Positions 1 through 12,055 of a stretch of DNA of 64,000 bases are shown here, in pieces; position 1 is the stretch's first letter; every line of letters starts with the position of its first letter. The stretch comes from Eledone cirrhosa. Lineage: Eukaryota. The stretch is from positions 367,350,001 through 367,414,000 of the forward strand of contig OZ024742.1 of NCBI GenBank assembly GCA_964016885.1. Direction: 5' to 3'. The notes beneath the pieces are model-generated. The model worked only from the letters and a program-made list of their open reading frames with translations. It was not told where the DNA came from and ran no database searches. The position numbers and the translations under genes were made by a program.

Positions 1-3000
1 ATATTACAGTATACATGTACTTGGACACATTTACAAAGAATATTACAGTATGCATTTACTTGGGCACATTTACAAAGAATATTACAGTATACATGTACTT
101 GGGCACATTTACAAAGAATATTACAGTATACATGTACTTGGGCACATTTACAAAGAATATTACAGTATACATGTACCTGAGCACATTTACAAAGAATATT
201 ACAGTATACATGTACCTGAGCACATTTACAAAGAATATTACAGTATACATTTACCTGAGCTCATTTACTAGGAATATTACAGTATACATTTACTTGGGCA
301 CATTTACAAAGAATATTACAGTATACATGTACTTGGACACATTTACAAAGAATATTACAGTATACATTTACTTGGGCACATTTACAAAGAATATTACAGT
401 ATACATGTACTTGGACACATTTACAAAGAATATTACAGTATACATGTACTTGGGCACATTAACAAGAATATTACAGTATACATGTACCTGAGCACATTTA
501 CAAAGAATATTACAGTATACATTTACTTGGGCACACTTACAAAGAATATTACAGTATACATGTACCTGAGCTCATTTACAAAGAATATTATAGTATACAT
601 GTACCTGAGCACATTTACAAAGAATATTACAGTATACATTTACCTGAGCTCATTTACTAGGAATATTACAGTATACATTTACTTGGGCACATTTACAAAG
701 AATATTACAGTATACATGTACTTGGACACATTTACAAAGAATATTACAGTATACATTTACTTGGGCACATTTACAAAGAATATTACAGTATACATGTACT
801 TGGGCACATTTACAAAGAATATTACAGTATACATGTACTTGGGCACATTTACAAAGAATTTTACAGTATACATGTACCTGAGCACATTTACAAAGAATAT
901 TACAGTATACATGTACCTGAGCACATCTACAAAGAATATTATAGTATACATGTACCTGAGCACATTTACAAAGAATATTACAGTATACATGTACCGGAGC
1001 ACATTTACAAAGAATATTACAGTATACATGTACCTGAGCACATTTACAAAGAATATTACAGTATACATGTACTTGGGCACATTTACAAAGAATATTACAG
1101 TATACATGTACTTGGGCACATTAACAAGAATATTACAGTATAAATGTACCTGAGCACATTTACAAAGAATATTACAGTATAAATGTACCTGAGCACATTT
1201 ACAAAGAATATTACAGTATACATGTACCTGAGCACATTTACAAAGAATATTACAGTATACATGTACCTGAGCACATTTAAAAAGCATATTACAGTATACA
1301 TGTACCGGAGCACATTTACAAACAATATTACAGTATACATTTACCTGAGCACATTTACAAAGAATATTACAGTATACATATACCTGAGCACATTTACAAA
1401 GAATATTACTGTATACATTTACTTGGGCACATTTACAAAGAATATTACAGTATACATGTACCTGAGCACATTTACAAAGAATATTACAGTATACATGTAC
1501 CTGAGCACATTTACAAAGAATATTACAGTATACACATACCTGAGCTCATTTACAAAGAATATTACAGTATACATTTACTTGGGCACATTTACAAAGAATA
1601 CTACAGTATACATGTACCTGAGCACATTTACAAAGAATATTACAGTATACATTTACTTGGGCACATTTACAAAGAATATTACAGTATACATGTACCTGAG
1701 CTCATTGACGAAGAATATTATAGTATACATGTACCTGAGCACATTTACAAAGAATATTACAGTATACATTTACCTGAGCTCATTTACTAGGAATATTACA
1801 GTATACATTTACTTGGGCACATTTACAAAGAATATCACAGTATACATGTACTTGGACACATTTACAAAGAATATTACAGTATACATTTACTTGGGCACAT
1901 TTACAAAGAATATTACAGTATACATGTACTTGGGCACATTTACAAAGAATATTACAGTATACATGTACTTGGGCACATTTACAAAGAATATTACAGTATA
2001 CATGTACCTGAGCACATTTACAAAGAATATTACAGTATACATGTACCTGAGCACATTTACAAAGAATATTACAGTATACATTTACCTGAGCTCATTTACT
2101 AGGAATATTACAGTATACATTTACTTGGGCACATTTACAAAGAATATTACAGTATACATGTACTTGGACACATTTACAAAGAATATTACAGTATACATTT
2201 ACTTGGGCACATTTACAAAGAATATTACAGTATACATGTACTTGGGCACATTTACAAAGAATATTACATTATACATGTACTTGGGCACATTAACAAGAAT
2301 ATTACAGTATACATGTACCTGAGCACATTTACAAAGAATATTACAGTATACATTTACTTGGGCACATTTACAAAGAATATTACAGTATACATGTACCTGA
2401 GCTCATTTACAAAGAATATTATAGTATACATGTACCTGAGCACATTTACAAAGAATATTACAGTATACATTTACCTGAGCTCATTTACTAGGAATATTAC
2501 AGTATACATTTACTTGGGCACATTTACAAAGAATATTACAGTATACATGTACTTGGACACATTTACAAAGAATATTACAGTATACATTTACTTGGGCACA
2601 TTTACAAAGAATATTACAGTATACATGTACTTGGGCACATTTACAAAGAATATTACAGTATACATGTACTTGGGCACATTTACAAAGAATATTACAGTAT
2701 ACATGTACCTGAGCACATTTACAAAGAATATTACAGTATACATGTACCTGAGCACATCTACAAAGAATATTATAGTATACATGTACCTGAGCACATTTAC
2801 AAAGAATATTACAGTATACATGTACCGGAGCACATTTACAAAGAATATTACAGTATACATGTACCTGAGCACATTTACAAAGAATATTACAGTATACATG
2901 TACTTGGGCACATTTACAAAGAATATTACAGTATACATGTACTTGGGCACATTAACAAGAATATTACAGTATACATGTACCTGAGCACATTTACAAAGAA

Positions 3001-4112
3001 TATTACAGTTTACATATACCTGAGCACATTTACAAAGAATATTACAGTATACATGTACCTGAGCACATTTACAAAGAATATTACAGTATACATGTACCTG
3101 AGCACATTTACAAAGAATATTATAGTATACATGTACCTGAGCACATTTACAAAGAATATTACAGTATACATGTACCTGAGCACATTTACAAAGAATATTA
3201 CAGTATACATGTACCTGAGCACATTTACAAAGCATATTACAGTATACATGTACCGGAGCACATTTACAAACAATATTACAGTATACATTTACCTGAGCTC
3301 ATTTACAAGAAATATTACAGTATACATGTACCTGGGCACATTTACAAAGAATATTATAGTTTACATTTACCTGAGCTCATTTACAAAGAATATTATAGTA
3401 TACATGTACCTGAGCACATTTACAAAGAATATTATAGGATACATGTACCTGAGCACATTTACAAGGAATATTACAGTATACATATACCTGAGCACATTTA
3501 CAAAGAATATTACAGTATACATGTACCTGAGCACATTTACAAATAATATTACAGTATACATGTACCTGAGCACATCTACAAAGAATATTACAGTATACAT
3601 GTACCTGAGCACATTTACAAAGAATGTTACAGTATACATTTACCTGAGCACATTTACAAAGCATATTACAGTATACATGTACCTGAGCACATATACAAAG
3701 AATATTACAGTATACATGTACTTGGGCACATTTACAAAGAATATTACAGTATACATGTACCTGAGCACATTTACAAAGAATATTACAGGATACATTTACC
3801 TGAGCACATTTACAAAGAATATTACAGGATACATTTACCTGAGCACATTTACAAAGAATATTATAGTATACATGTACTTGAGCACATTTACAAAGAATAT
3901 TATATTATACATGTACCTGAGCACATTTACAAAGAATATTATAGTATACATGTACTTGGGCACAATTGCAAAGAATATTATAGTATACATGTACCTGAGC
4001 ACATTTACAAAGAATATTATAGTATACATGTACCTGAGCACATTTACAAAGAATATTACAGTATACATGTACCTGAGCACATTTACAAAGAATATTATAG
4101 TATACATGTACC
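1..4112. repeat. 39-bp tandem satellite, ~105 copies, runs off the left edge
   Basis: Consensus ATATTACAGTATACATGTACCTGAGCACATTTACAAAGA, with variants CTGAG/TTGGG and ATGTAC/ATTTAC. The 13-aa periodic ORFs are by-products. Confidence 0.98.
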
Positions 4113-4431
4113 AGCGCAAATCTGTTTTCTAACCAACAATACACATAATTAGATATCCTCAAATACATTCATGTTAACAGAATATCTGATATTCATCGAT
4201 TTAATATATATTTCAATTATCAAAATATGTATATCACAACAATCGATTTAATAGATTATAATCGATTATCAAGATGTATTATAATAATGGATTTTATATA
4301 AAGCTTTATCGTAATCCTGATTCTGAAATAGAATAGTAAGAGCCATGTCTTTCTCGATGACATAAGCGGCCAAAGGTATGTAGAATTGGCAGCAGACGAG
4401 GAATGTATTCTCAGATTCTGCACTCATCCTA

Positions 4432-5548
4432 CACTCAAACTATATTCAACCTCCAATCAAACTATATTCAAACTCCACTCAAACTATATTCAACACCCAC
4501 TAAAACTATATTCAACCTCCACTCAAACTATATTCAACCTCCACTCAAACTATATTCAACACCCACTAAAACTATATACAACCTCCACTCAAACTATATT
4601 CAACACCCACTAAAACTATATTCAACCTCCACTCAAACTATATTCAACCTCCACTCAAACTATATTCAACACCCACTAAAACTATATTCAACCTCCACTC
4701 AAACTATATTCAACCTCCACTCAAACTATATTCAACACCCACTAAAACTATATACAACCTCCACTCAAACTATATTCAACCTCCCTAAAACTATATTCAA
4801 CCTCCACTCAAACTATATTCAACACCCACTAAAACTATATTCAACCTCCACTCAAACTATATTTAACCTCCACCTAAACTATATTCAACACCCACTAAAA
4901 CTATATTCAACCCCCATTCAAACTATATTCAACCTCCACTCAAACTATATTCAACCTCCACTCAAACTATATTCAACACCCACTAAAACTATATTCAACC
5001 TCCACTCAAACTATATTCAACTTCCAATCAAACTATATTCAACCTCCACTCAAACTATATTCAACGTCCACTCAAACTATATTCAACACCCACTAAAACT
5101 ATATTAAACCTCCACTCAAACTATAATCAACCTCACTCAAACTATATTCAACCTCCACTGAAACTATATTCAACCTCCCTCAAACTATATTCAACCTCCG
5201 CTCAAACTATATTCAACACCCACTAAAACTATACTCAACCTCCACTCAAACTATATTCAACCTCCACTCAAACCATATTTTCAAAACCCACTAAAACTAT
5301 ATTCAACACCCACTAAAACTATATTCAACCTCCATCAAACTATAATCAACCTCCACTCAAACTATATTCAACCTCCACTCAAACTATATTCAACACGCAC
5401 TAAAACTATATTCAACCTCCACTTAAACTATATTCAACCTCCGATCAAACTATATTCAACCTCCACTCAAACTATATTCAACACCCACTAAACTATATTC
5501 AACCTCCACCAAGTTATATTCAACCTCCACTCAAACTATATTCAACCT
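4432..5548. repeat. 22-bp tandem minisatellite, ~50 copies
   Basis: Consensus ACTCAAACTATATTCAACCTCC, with recurring variants ...CAACACCC and ACTAAAAC. Almost G-free on the + strand. Confidence 0.97.
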
Positions 5549-5631
5549 ATATATATATATAGAGAGAGAGATAGAACACTGGAAGGTAATATCCGTAGTG
5601 GTTGAGCACTCAGTCCATGGGACGATTCAGT

Positions 5632-5672
5632 CCGAGCTGAAGATCCGCATAAGGTGAAACATTTGTTTTCGG
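5632..5672 (+). ncRNA. Candidate minimal type I hammerhead ribozyme with canonical C3-G8 core
   Basis: CCGAG-CUGAAGA-U-CC(GCAUAA)GG-U-GAAA-C(AUUU)G-UU^-UUCGG. Stem I pairs CCGAG/UUCGG. Stem II is weak. It lies in a ~125-bp island between microsatellites. Confidence 0.5.
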
Positions 5673-5795
5673 TATGGCGAACTAACTGTTGTGTTACTAC
5701 TTATATATATATATATAACTTTGAATAACTTTGAAATGTTTTGGCCAGTATTGGCCCAGGCCATGTCTAACTTAATAGCACCACCTGTTATATAT

Positions 5796-6035
5796 ATAAC
5801 AAAGGAATTGTAGTAAGGAACCAAATGGACCATAACGCACCAGAATACTCAATACTTAGGGTAGTAGAGTGGGAAATAGGAAAAAGTATGACCCCGACGG
5901 CAGAACTCAAGCCGTTTCGACGGCTATTTCTGGACTAAATTAGAATTTTTAGCCTGGTGAATAAATAGCTGAACTTGTCAAGGGGGTACTTCTTTATATG
6001 GGAAGATTGTAGTTGTCAAGAGCATTGGTTAAAAT
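5796..6035 (-). mobile_element. PLE-type terminal repeat (pLTR-like), family A, copy 1; left arm of a 240-bp inverted repeat
   Basis: Reverse complement of 6117-6356 (about 90% identity by eye). Contains a hammerhead fold, and its 3' end runs into TATATA. Confidence 0.75.
5891..5988 (-). ncRNA. Type I hammerhead ribozyme, U3-A8 variant, long stem II (family A)
   Basis: Minus strand: CCCC-UUGACAA-G-UU-CAGCUAUUU...AAAUAGCCG-U-C-GAAA-CGGC(UUGAGUUCU)GCCG-UC^-GGGG. Predicted cut between 5896 and 5895. Confidence 0.75.
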
Positions 6036-6116
6036 TTGTTGTAAACACTCACTCCCCTATTGTTCTACAGGCATGTTCAGCCACCCCTACCTCCCACCAA
6101 ATGCTATGATAGTCTT

Positions 6117-6356
6117 ATTTTAACCAATCCTCTTGACAACTACAATCTTTCCATATAAGGAAGTACCCTCTTGACAAGTTCGTCTATTTATTCACCAGGC
6201 TAAACATTTTAATTTAGTCCAGAAATAGCCGTCGAAACGACTTGTGCTCTGCCGTCGGGTTCATACTTTTTCCTATTTACCACTCTACTACCCTAAGTAT
6301 TGAGTATTCTGGTTCGTTATGGTCCATCTGGTTCCTTACCACAATTCCTTTGTTAT
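6117..6356 (+). mobile_element. PLE-type terminal repeat, family A, copy 2 (right arm), with a partly decayed hammerhead at 6165-6260
   Basis: Core TTGACAA at 6171-6177, GAAA at 6234-6237 and GTC ending at 6256. Stem III has a mismatch (CGAC/GCCG). Confidence 0.72.
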
Positions 6357-6505
6357 TTAGCTCCTATTTCTGTAGTAGAGCACTTTCCGACTCTACTACG
6401 CCATATACCGACTTTTCCACCCAGCTCAAGTTTCTTCACCCGCACGATGCGAAAACACAACATCGACTTCTCCACCAAGAACATCCCAGTTCCACCGAGA
6501 AAACT

Positions 6506-7211
6506 TTACCTTCGGAGGCTCACGCAAAAAATCGACCTTTTTGCGGAAAGACTAAGATGGAGAACTTTTTTCCTTCGATGTTGACAGCTAATAGTTACCT
6601 CCGTTCTATCATTAATCGGTAGAGGTCGTGATAGAGTTATGTAATAAGCTTCGGTAAGACAGAGTTCACAAGATTTTCTTCGTCCATTGAACGGTTGGGG
6701 CCTAGCCAAGATATCCCATGTTAGTGAGTGTTCAATGTTGGTTAATTTAAGGTTTTTAATGAGCCTAGCTAGAGATGTCGAACATCTGTTGTTAGGGTCT
6801 CGGAAGGAAAAAGAGTGTGCGTTATAGCGTACCGTAAAAGGGTTATAGGTAGACCCGATAAATGAGCTGGTCTGTGAAGCAGTGTTAACCGTGCACCTAT
6901 AGACTATGTTGGGTGTCAGGTAATGTCCATTTAGTGGGCATGCATTAGGGTAACGGCAGTTGCAGTTGCTTCTGCGGTTAGTGAAAGTAGGGTTGTTTAA
7001 CCTAAGCGGTTGTTCAGTGCTAGACGGATTAGATGGGGGAGGTGTGCTACTAGAGTAAGTATTGGTGTAGTGGCGTGATGTATTTGATGGGGGTGGTGGT
7101 ACCGCGGTGTGGGAGTTATACTGTCTTAGTTTATGATGGTTACTGAATGCGATGTGGCTAGCTAGGTTAGGTGTTGTGGAGAATGAGATTTTAATGTTAT
7201 TTTTAATGTTA
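6506..7211 (-). pseudogene. Penelope-like retroelement (Neptune-like) ORF 3' fragment: linker, Cys motif and GIY-YIG endonuclease; RT missing
   Basis: Motifs IKISFSTTPNL, CNCR...CPLNG, IVYRC...FIGST (GIY/YIG), RYNAHSFSF, TSLA, WDIL, CELCLTEAYYI, INDRTE and CQH match the C-terminal PLE endonuclease pattern. Confidence 0.88.
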
Positions 7212-7249
7212 TTCAAAAGTAGAGTTGAGATGGAGGGTCTGTGGTTTTT

Positions 7250-7440
7250 CTCCATCTCAACTCTACTTTGGAAAAGCAGAAGAACTGCGAAACCGGTAAA
7301 GGAACCAAATAAATATATATATTTTTTTTAAAATAAGACTCCCGTTGCATTTTCGATTTCATCTTTTTTTCTTTATACTTTCACTCGTGTAGGACACCTC
7401 GGTTATTTTTCATTCTTAAAAAAAAAACCTCACTTTCTAA
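7250..7440 (+). mobile_element. PLE-type terminal repeat, family B, with minimal hammerhead at 7266-7302 (U4>G mutation)
   Basis: Closely matches 14888-15078. Contains TGGAAAA-GCAG(AAGAA)CTGC-GAAA-CCGG-TA-AAGG and ends in (TA)n. Confidence 0.72.
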
Positions 7441-7737
7441 TATATATATATCCCTCTACCACCAATTACTCTGCCACACACACACACACACACACTTGTC
7501 TTAATAGGCATTTGAACTGTCAACAGGCTGCGGTTCGAACACACATTCCTGCTGACCATTATCACAACAACGAACCTCTTTACTACTACTACACATACAC
7601 ACACATATTTGTTTTGAAAGACTTATTTTTCAGTGACTTCTCAATCAGCCGACACAAACCTACATTTGGCGCAAAATCAATTTTTAACATTCACATGACC
7701 TCTACGGACCAATCAAAATTGTTTTGACCAATCAAAA

Positions 7738-7943
7738 TTGTTCCAAAAGTAGAAACAATTATCTATATTTATTAAGGGTGGTGGATTGGCAGAATCGGTA
7801 GAGGTTCGGACGTCATGCTTTGCAGAATAGAGTTACGGCCCTTTACGATTTGAGTTCAAATCCCACTGAGGTTAACTTTGCCTTTCATAGTTACATATCA
7901 ATTTTACATATTTCTCAGTCTACTGAAAAATATGATTGAATGT
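7738..7943 (+). repeat. 206-bp direct duplicate of 12480-12685
   Basis: Near-identical (2 differences seen). Includes a SINE tail, a SINE head and unique flank. Confidence 0.93.
7774..7888 (+). mobile_element. tRNA-derived SINE, family 1, 3'-truncated
   Basis: A box TGGCAGAATCGG and B box GAGTTCAAATCC, followed by GTTAACTTTGCCTTTCAT, which is shared with the other copies. Confidence 0.8.
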
Positions 7944-8556
7944 GTAAACCACTTCCAATACCTTGGCAGCAACATCTCTGACGATGGGGATGCTGAGGTG
8001 GATGTGCGCACAAGGCTGGGAAAAGCAGCGGCGGTCTTCCAGCGACTCCGTCCGGTATGGTCCAGGTGTTCCATCGGCAACGCCGTCAAATTCCGTGTTT
8101 AGATGTCCATTGTAGTACCAACAGCGATATATGCCTGTGAAACAAGGAAGAGTACGGAAAGTGTATGTAACAAGCTTGATGTATTCCACCGTTGTTGCAT
8201 TCGGACCATATTGAAAATTTCATGGAGAGACCAAGTTAGCAACGAGGAAGTGATGAGGAGGTCAGGATTGGAGAGGTTAAGGGACATTGTCGGGAAAAGG
8301 AGACGGCGGTTCGCGGGCTACATCCTTCGTTTGCCGGCAGATCGACCTGCTCATATTTTCATGGATTTGGTACCAGAAGGTGGCAGGAGAGAACGGTCAA
8401 GATCACGAAAGACATGGCGGAGCACATTCAGGGAGGACCTGCGGGAGATGGGAATTACCTGGAGAGGTGCTGGAAGGGCCGCCAGTGACAGGATCAAGTG
8501 GAGGAAGCTCGTCGCCCAATGTTCCACAAGGGACTGGAGGAACTAAGACTAAGACT
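7935..8556 (+). mobile_element. RTE-type LINE 3' fragment (end of RT and C-terminus), duplicated copy
   Basis: FQYLGS...RLGKAAAVF...YACET...ILKISWRD.VSNEEV...RKTW...W. In-frame TAG at 8100-8102; tandem ACTAAG tail. Confidence 0.9.
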
Positions 8557-8626
8557 CTACTATCGCAAGTATCGGAGACTATGTTGAGTAATGGTCAAAC
8601 TAGTTTGAAACTGGTTCTATCCTGGT

Positions 8627-8645
8627 GTATGTATGTATGTAAATA

Positions 8646-8698
<53 letters not shown>
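8627..8698. repeat. (TATG)n/(TG)n microsatellite; shorter mirror copy at 16407-16462
   Basis: Direct observation. Confidence 0.95.
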
Positions 8699-8700
<2 letters not shown>

Positions 8701-8774
8701 TATATAATAATCCTATAGTAGAAAGACACATATTTAGCTATCGACTGCTGCAATGTTTCTTCCTCTGAGAGCAT

Positions 8775-8999
8775 TTTTACTGTCGATCAACATTCGTCAA
8801 ATCGGACCGAGGAAACAATGCTTCCATCGGTCTTTCCAATTGCTAGTACTATCTATCGGTCACAACTCCAGGTAGAAGGAGCAACGTGAAATAAAGTGTC
8901 TTGCTCAAGGACACAACTCATCGCCTGGTCCGGGAATCGAACTCACAAACTCACGATTGCGAATCCAATTCTCTAACCACTCAGCCACACGCCTTCACT
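8775..8999 (-). mobile_element. tRNA-derived SINE, family 2, with 11-bp TSD
   Basis: Reverse complement of 16106-16330. Flanked by TCTGAGAGCAT at 8764-8774 and 9000-9010. Confidence 0.85.
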
Positions 9000-9072
9000 T
9001 CTGAGAGCATAAGTGACTAGAAACCATTACATTGCTTTACCAGTTCTTTGATACATTGTTTTACAGTACTAC

Positions 9073-11799
9073 AGACACTATAGGGGGCATATGTAGACAC
9101 TATAGGGCATATGTAGACACTAAAGGGCATATGTGGACACTATAGGGCATATGTGGACACTATAGGGCATATGTAGACACTATAGGGAATATGTAGACAC
9201 TATAGGACATATGTAGACACTATAGCGTATATGTATACACTATAGGGCATATGTAGACACTATAGGGCATATGTGGACACTATAGGGCATATGTAGACAC
9301 TATAGGGCATATGTAGACACTATAGGGCATATGTGGACACTATAGGACATATGTGGACACTATAGGACATATGTAGACACTATAGGGCATATGTAGACAC
9401 TATAGGGCATATGTGGACACTATAGGGCATATGTAGACACTATAGGGCATATGTAGACACTATAGGGCATATGTGGACACTATAGGGCATATGTAGACAC
9501 TATAGGGGGGCATATGTAGACACTATAGGGCATATGTAGACACTATAGGGCATATGTAGACACTATAGGGAATATGTAGACACTATAGGACATATGTAGA
9601 CACTATAGCGCATATGTAGACACTATAGGGCATATGTAGACACTATAGGGCATATGTGGACACTATAGGGCATATGTAGACACTATAGGGCATATGTAGA
9701 CAATATAGGGCATATGTAGACACTATAGGGCATATGTAGACACTATAGGGCATATGTAGACACTATAGGGCATATGTGGACACTATAGGGCATATGTGGA
9801 CACTATAGGACATATGTAGACACTATAGGGCATATGTGGACACTATAGGGCATATGTAGACACTATAGGGCATATGTGGACACTATAGGTCATATGTAGA
9901 CACTATAGGGCATGTGTAGTCACTATAGGGCATATGTAGACACTATAGGGCATATGTGGACACTATAGGTCATATGTAGACACTATAGGGCATATGTAGA
10001 CACTATAGGTCATATGTAGACACTATAGGGCATATGTAGTCACTATAGGGCATATATACACACGAAAGGGCATATGTAGACACTATAGGGCATATGTAGA
10101 CACTATAGGGCATATGTAGACACTATAGGGCATATGTAGATACTATAGGGCATATGTGGACACTATAGGGCGTATATACATACGAAAGGGCATATGTAGA
10201 CACTATAGGGAATATGTAGACACTATAAGACATATGTAGACACTATAGCGCATATGTAGACACTATAGGGCATATGTAGACACTATAGGGCATATGTGGA
10301 CACTATAGGGCATATGTGGACACTATAGGTCATATGTAGACACTATAGGGCATGTGTAGTCACTATAGGGCATATGTGGTCACTACAGGGCATATGTAGA
10401 CACTATAGGGCATATGTGGACATTATAGGCAATATGTAGACACTATAGGGCATATGTAGACACTATAGGGCATATGTAGACACTATAGGGCATATGTGGA
10501 CACTATAGGGCATATGTGGACACTATAGGGCATGTGTAGTCACTATAGGGCATATGTAGACACTATAGGGCATATGTGGACACTATAGGGCATATGTAGA
10601 CACTATAGGGCATATGTAGACACTATAGGGCATATGTGGACACTATAGGGCATATGTGGACACTATAGGGCATATATAGACACTATAGGGCATACGTGGA
10701 CACTATAGGGCATATGTGGACACAGTAGGGCATATGTAGACACTATAGGGCATATGTGGACACTATAGGGCATATGTAGACACTATAGGGCATATGTAGA
10801 CACTATAGGGCATATGTGGACACTATAGGGCATATGTGGACACTATAGGGCATATGTAGACACTATAGGCATATGTGGACACTATAGGCATATGTAGACA
10901 CTATAGGGCATATGTAGACACTATAGGGCATATGTAGACACTATAGGGCATATGTGGACACTATCGGCATATGTAGACACTATAGGGCATATGTAGACAC
11001 TATAGGGCATATGTGGACACTATAGGGCATATGTAGACACTATAGGGCATATGTGGACACTATAGGGCATATGTAGTCTATATAGGGCATATGTAGACAC
11101 TATAGGGCATATGTGGACACTATAGGGCATATGTGGACACTATAGGGCATATGTAGACACTATAGGCATATGTGGACACTATAGTGTATATGTGGACACT
11201 ATAGGGCATATGTAGTCTCTATAGGGCATATGTAGACACTATAGGGATAATGTAGTCTATATAGGGCACAGGTAGACACTATAGGGCATATGTGGACACT
11301 ATAGGGCATATGTAGTCTCTATAGGGCATATGTAGACACTATAGGGCATATGTGGACACTATAGGGCATATGTAGACACTATAGGGCATATGTAGACACT
11401 ATAGGGCATATGTGGACATTATAGGGCATATGTAGACACTATAGGGCATATGTAGACACTATAGGGCATATGTGGCCACTATAGGGCATATGTAGACACT
11501 ATCGGCATATGTGGACAATATAGGGCACATGTAGACACTATAGGGCATATGTGGACACTATAGGGCATATGTGGTCACTATAGGGCATATGTGGATACTA
11601 TAGGGCATATGTAGACACTATTGGGCATATGTAGACACTATAGCGCATATGTAGACACTATAGCGCATATGTGGACACTATAGGGCATATGTAGACAAAA
11701 TAGGGCATATGTAGACACTATAGGGCATATGTGGACACTATAGGGCATATGTGGACACTATAGGGCATATGTAGTCACTATAGGGCATATGTAGACACT
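9073..11799 (+). repeat. 20-bp tandem satellite, ~136 copies
   Basis: Consensus AGACACTATAGGGCATATGT, with GTAG/GTGG dimorphism. Confidence 0.98.
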
Positions 11800-12038
11800 T
11801 TATTTCACGTTGCTCTAGTTCACTCAGCTGTAGAAATGAGTTGTGACGTCACTGGTGTCAAGCACCATCGTCCATTGTTTTCCCTTGGACAACGTCAGGA
11901 AGGTGGAGAGGGGAGACTGGCATGGTTGGACGACTGCTGGTCTTCCAAAAACACACCCTACTTCGGGTTGTAACTCGGAGAGGAACCTTCTAGGTACACA
12001 TCCCATGGTCATTGCTGACAGAAGGGGGTATTTACCCT
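11793..12038 (+). mobile_element. Headless SINE body (family 2 related), fused to the satellite end
   Basis: Starts AGACACTTTATTTCACGTTGCTC, as in the SINE at 16204-16226, then continues in GC-richer sequence. Right boundary approximate. Confidence 0.6.
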
Positions 12039-12055
12039 ATATGAAAAGATTCAGG

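Noticed and set aside
15-5107. Long periodic ORFs in the 39-bp and 22-bp arrays as repeat proteins
   Set aside because: The periodicity is at DNA level, several frames are open, frameshifting monomers are tolerated and there are no unique domains.
6372-6399. 9-bp hairpin GTAGTAGAG/CTCTACTAC as a terminator
   Set aside because: Eukaryotic context and no U tract. The motif also occurs in the family A repeat, so it is more likely a rearrangement scar.
7212-7255. ATG start (MEKNHRPSISTLLL) of the 249-aa ORF as a genuine N-terminus
   Set aside because: These codons derive from the family B repeat hairpin fused to a truncated PLE ORF.
8287-8718. 143-aa ORF and its twin at 16387-16800
   Set aside because: An alternative frame of the LINE remnant running into a TG tract.
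9073-11799. Phage promoter or vector-like monomer (GACACTATAG as in SP6, CACTATAGGG as in T7, CATATG NdeI site)
   Set aside because: Only 10 nt match and the upstream specificity regions are absent. The array has natural variants and a genomic inverted sister, so coincidence is more likely than contamination.
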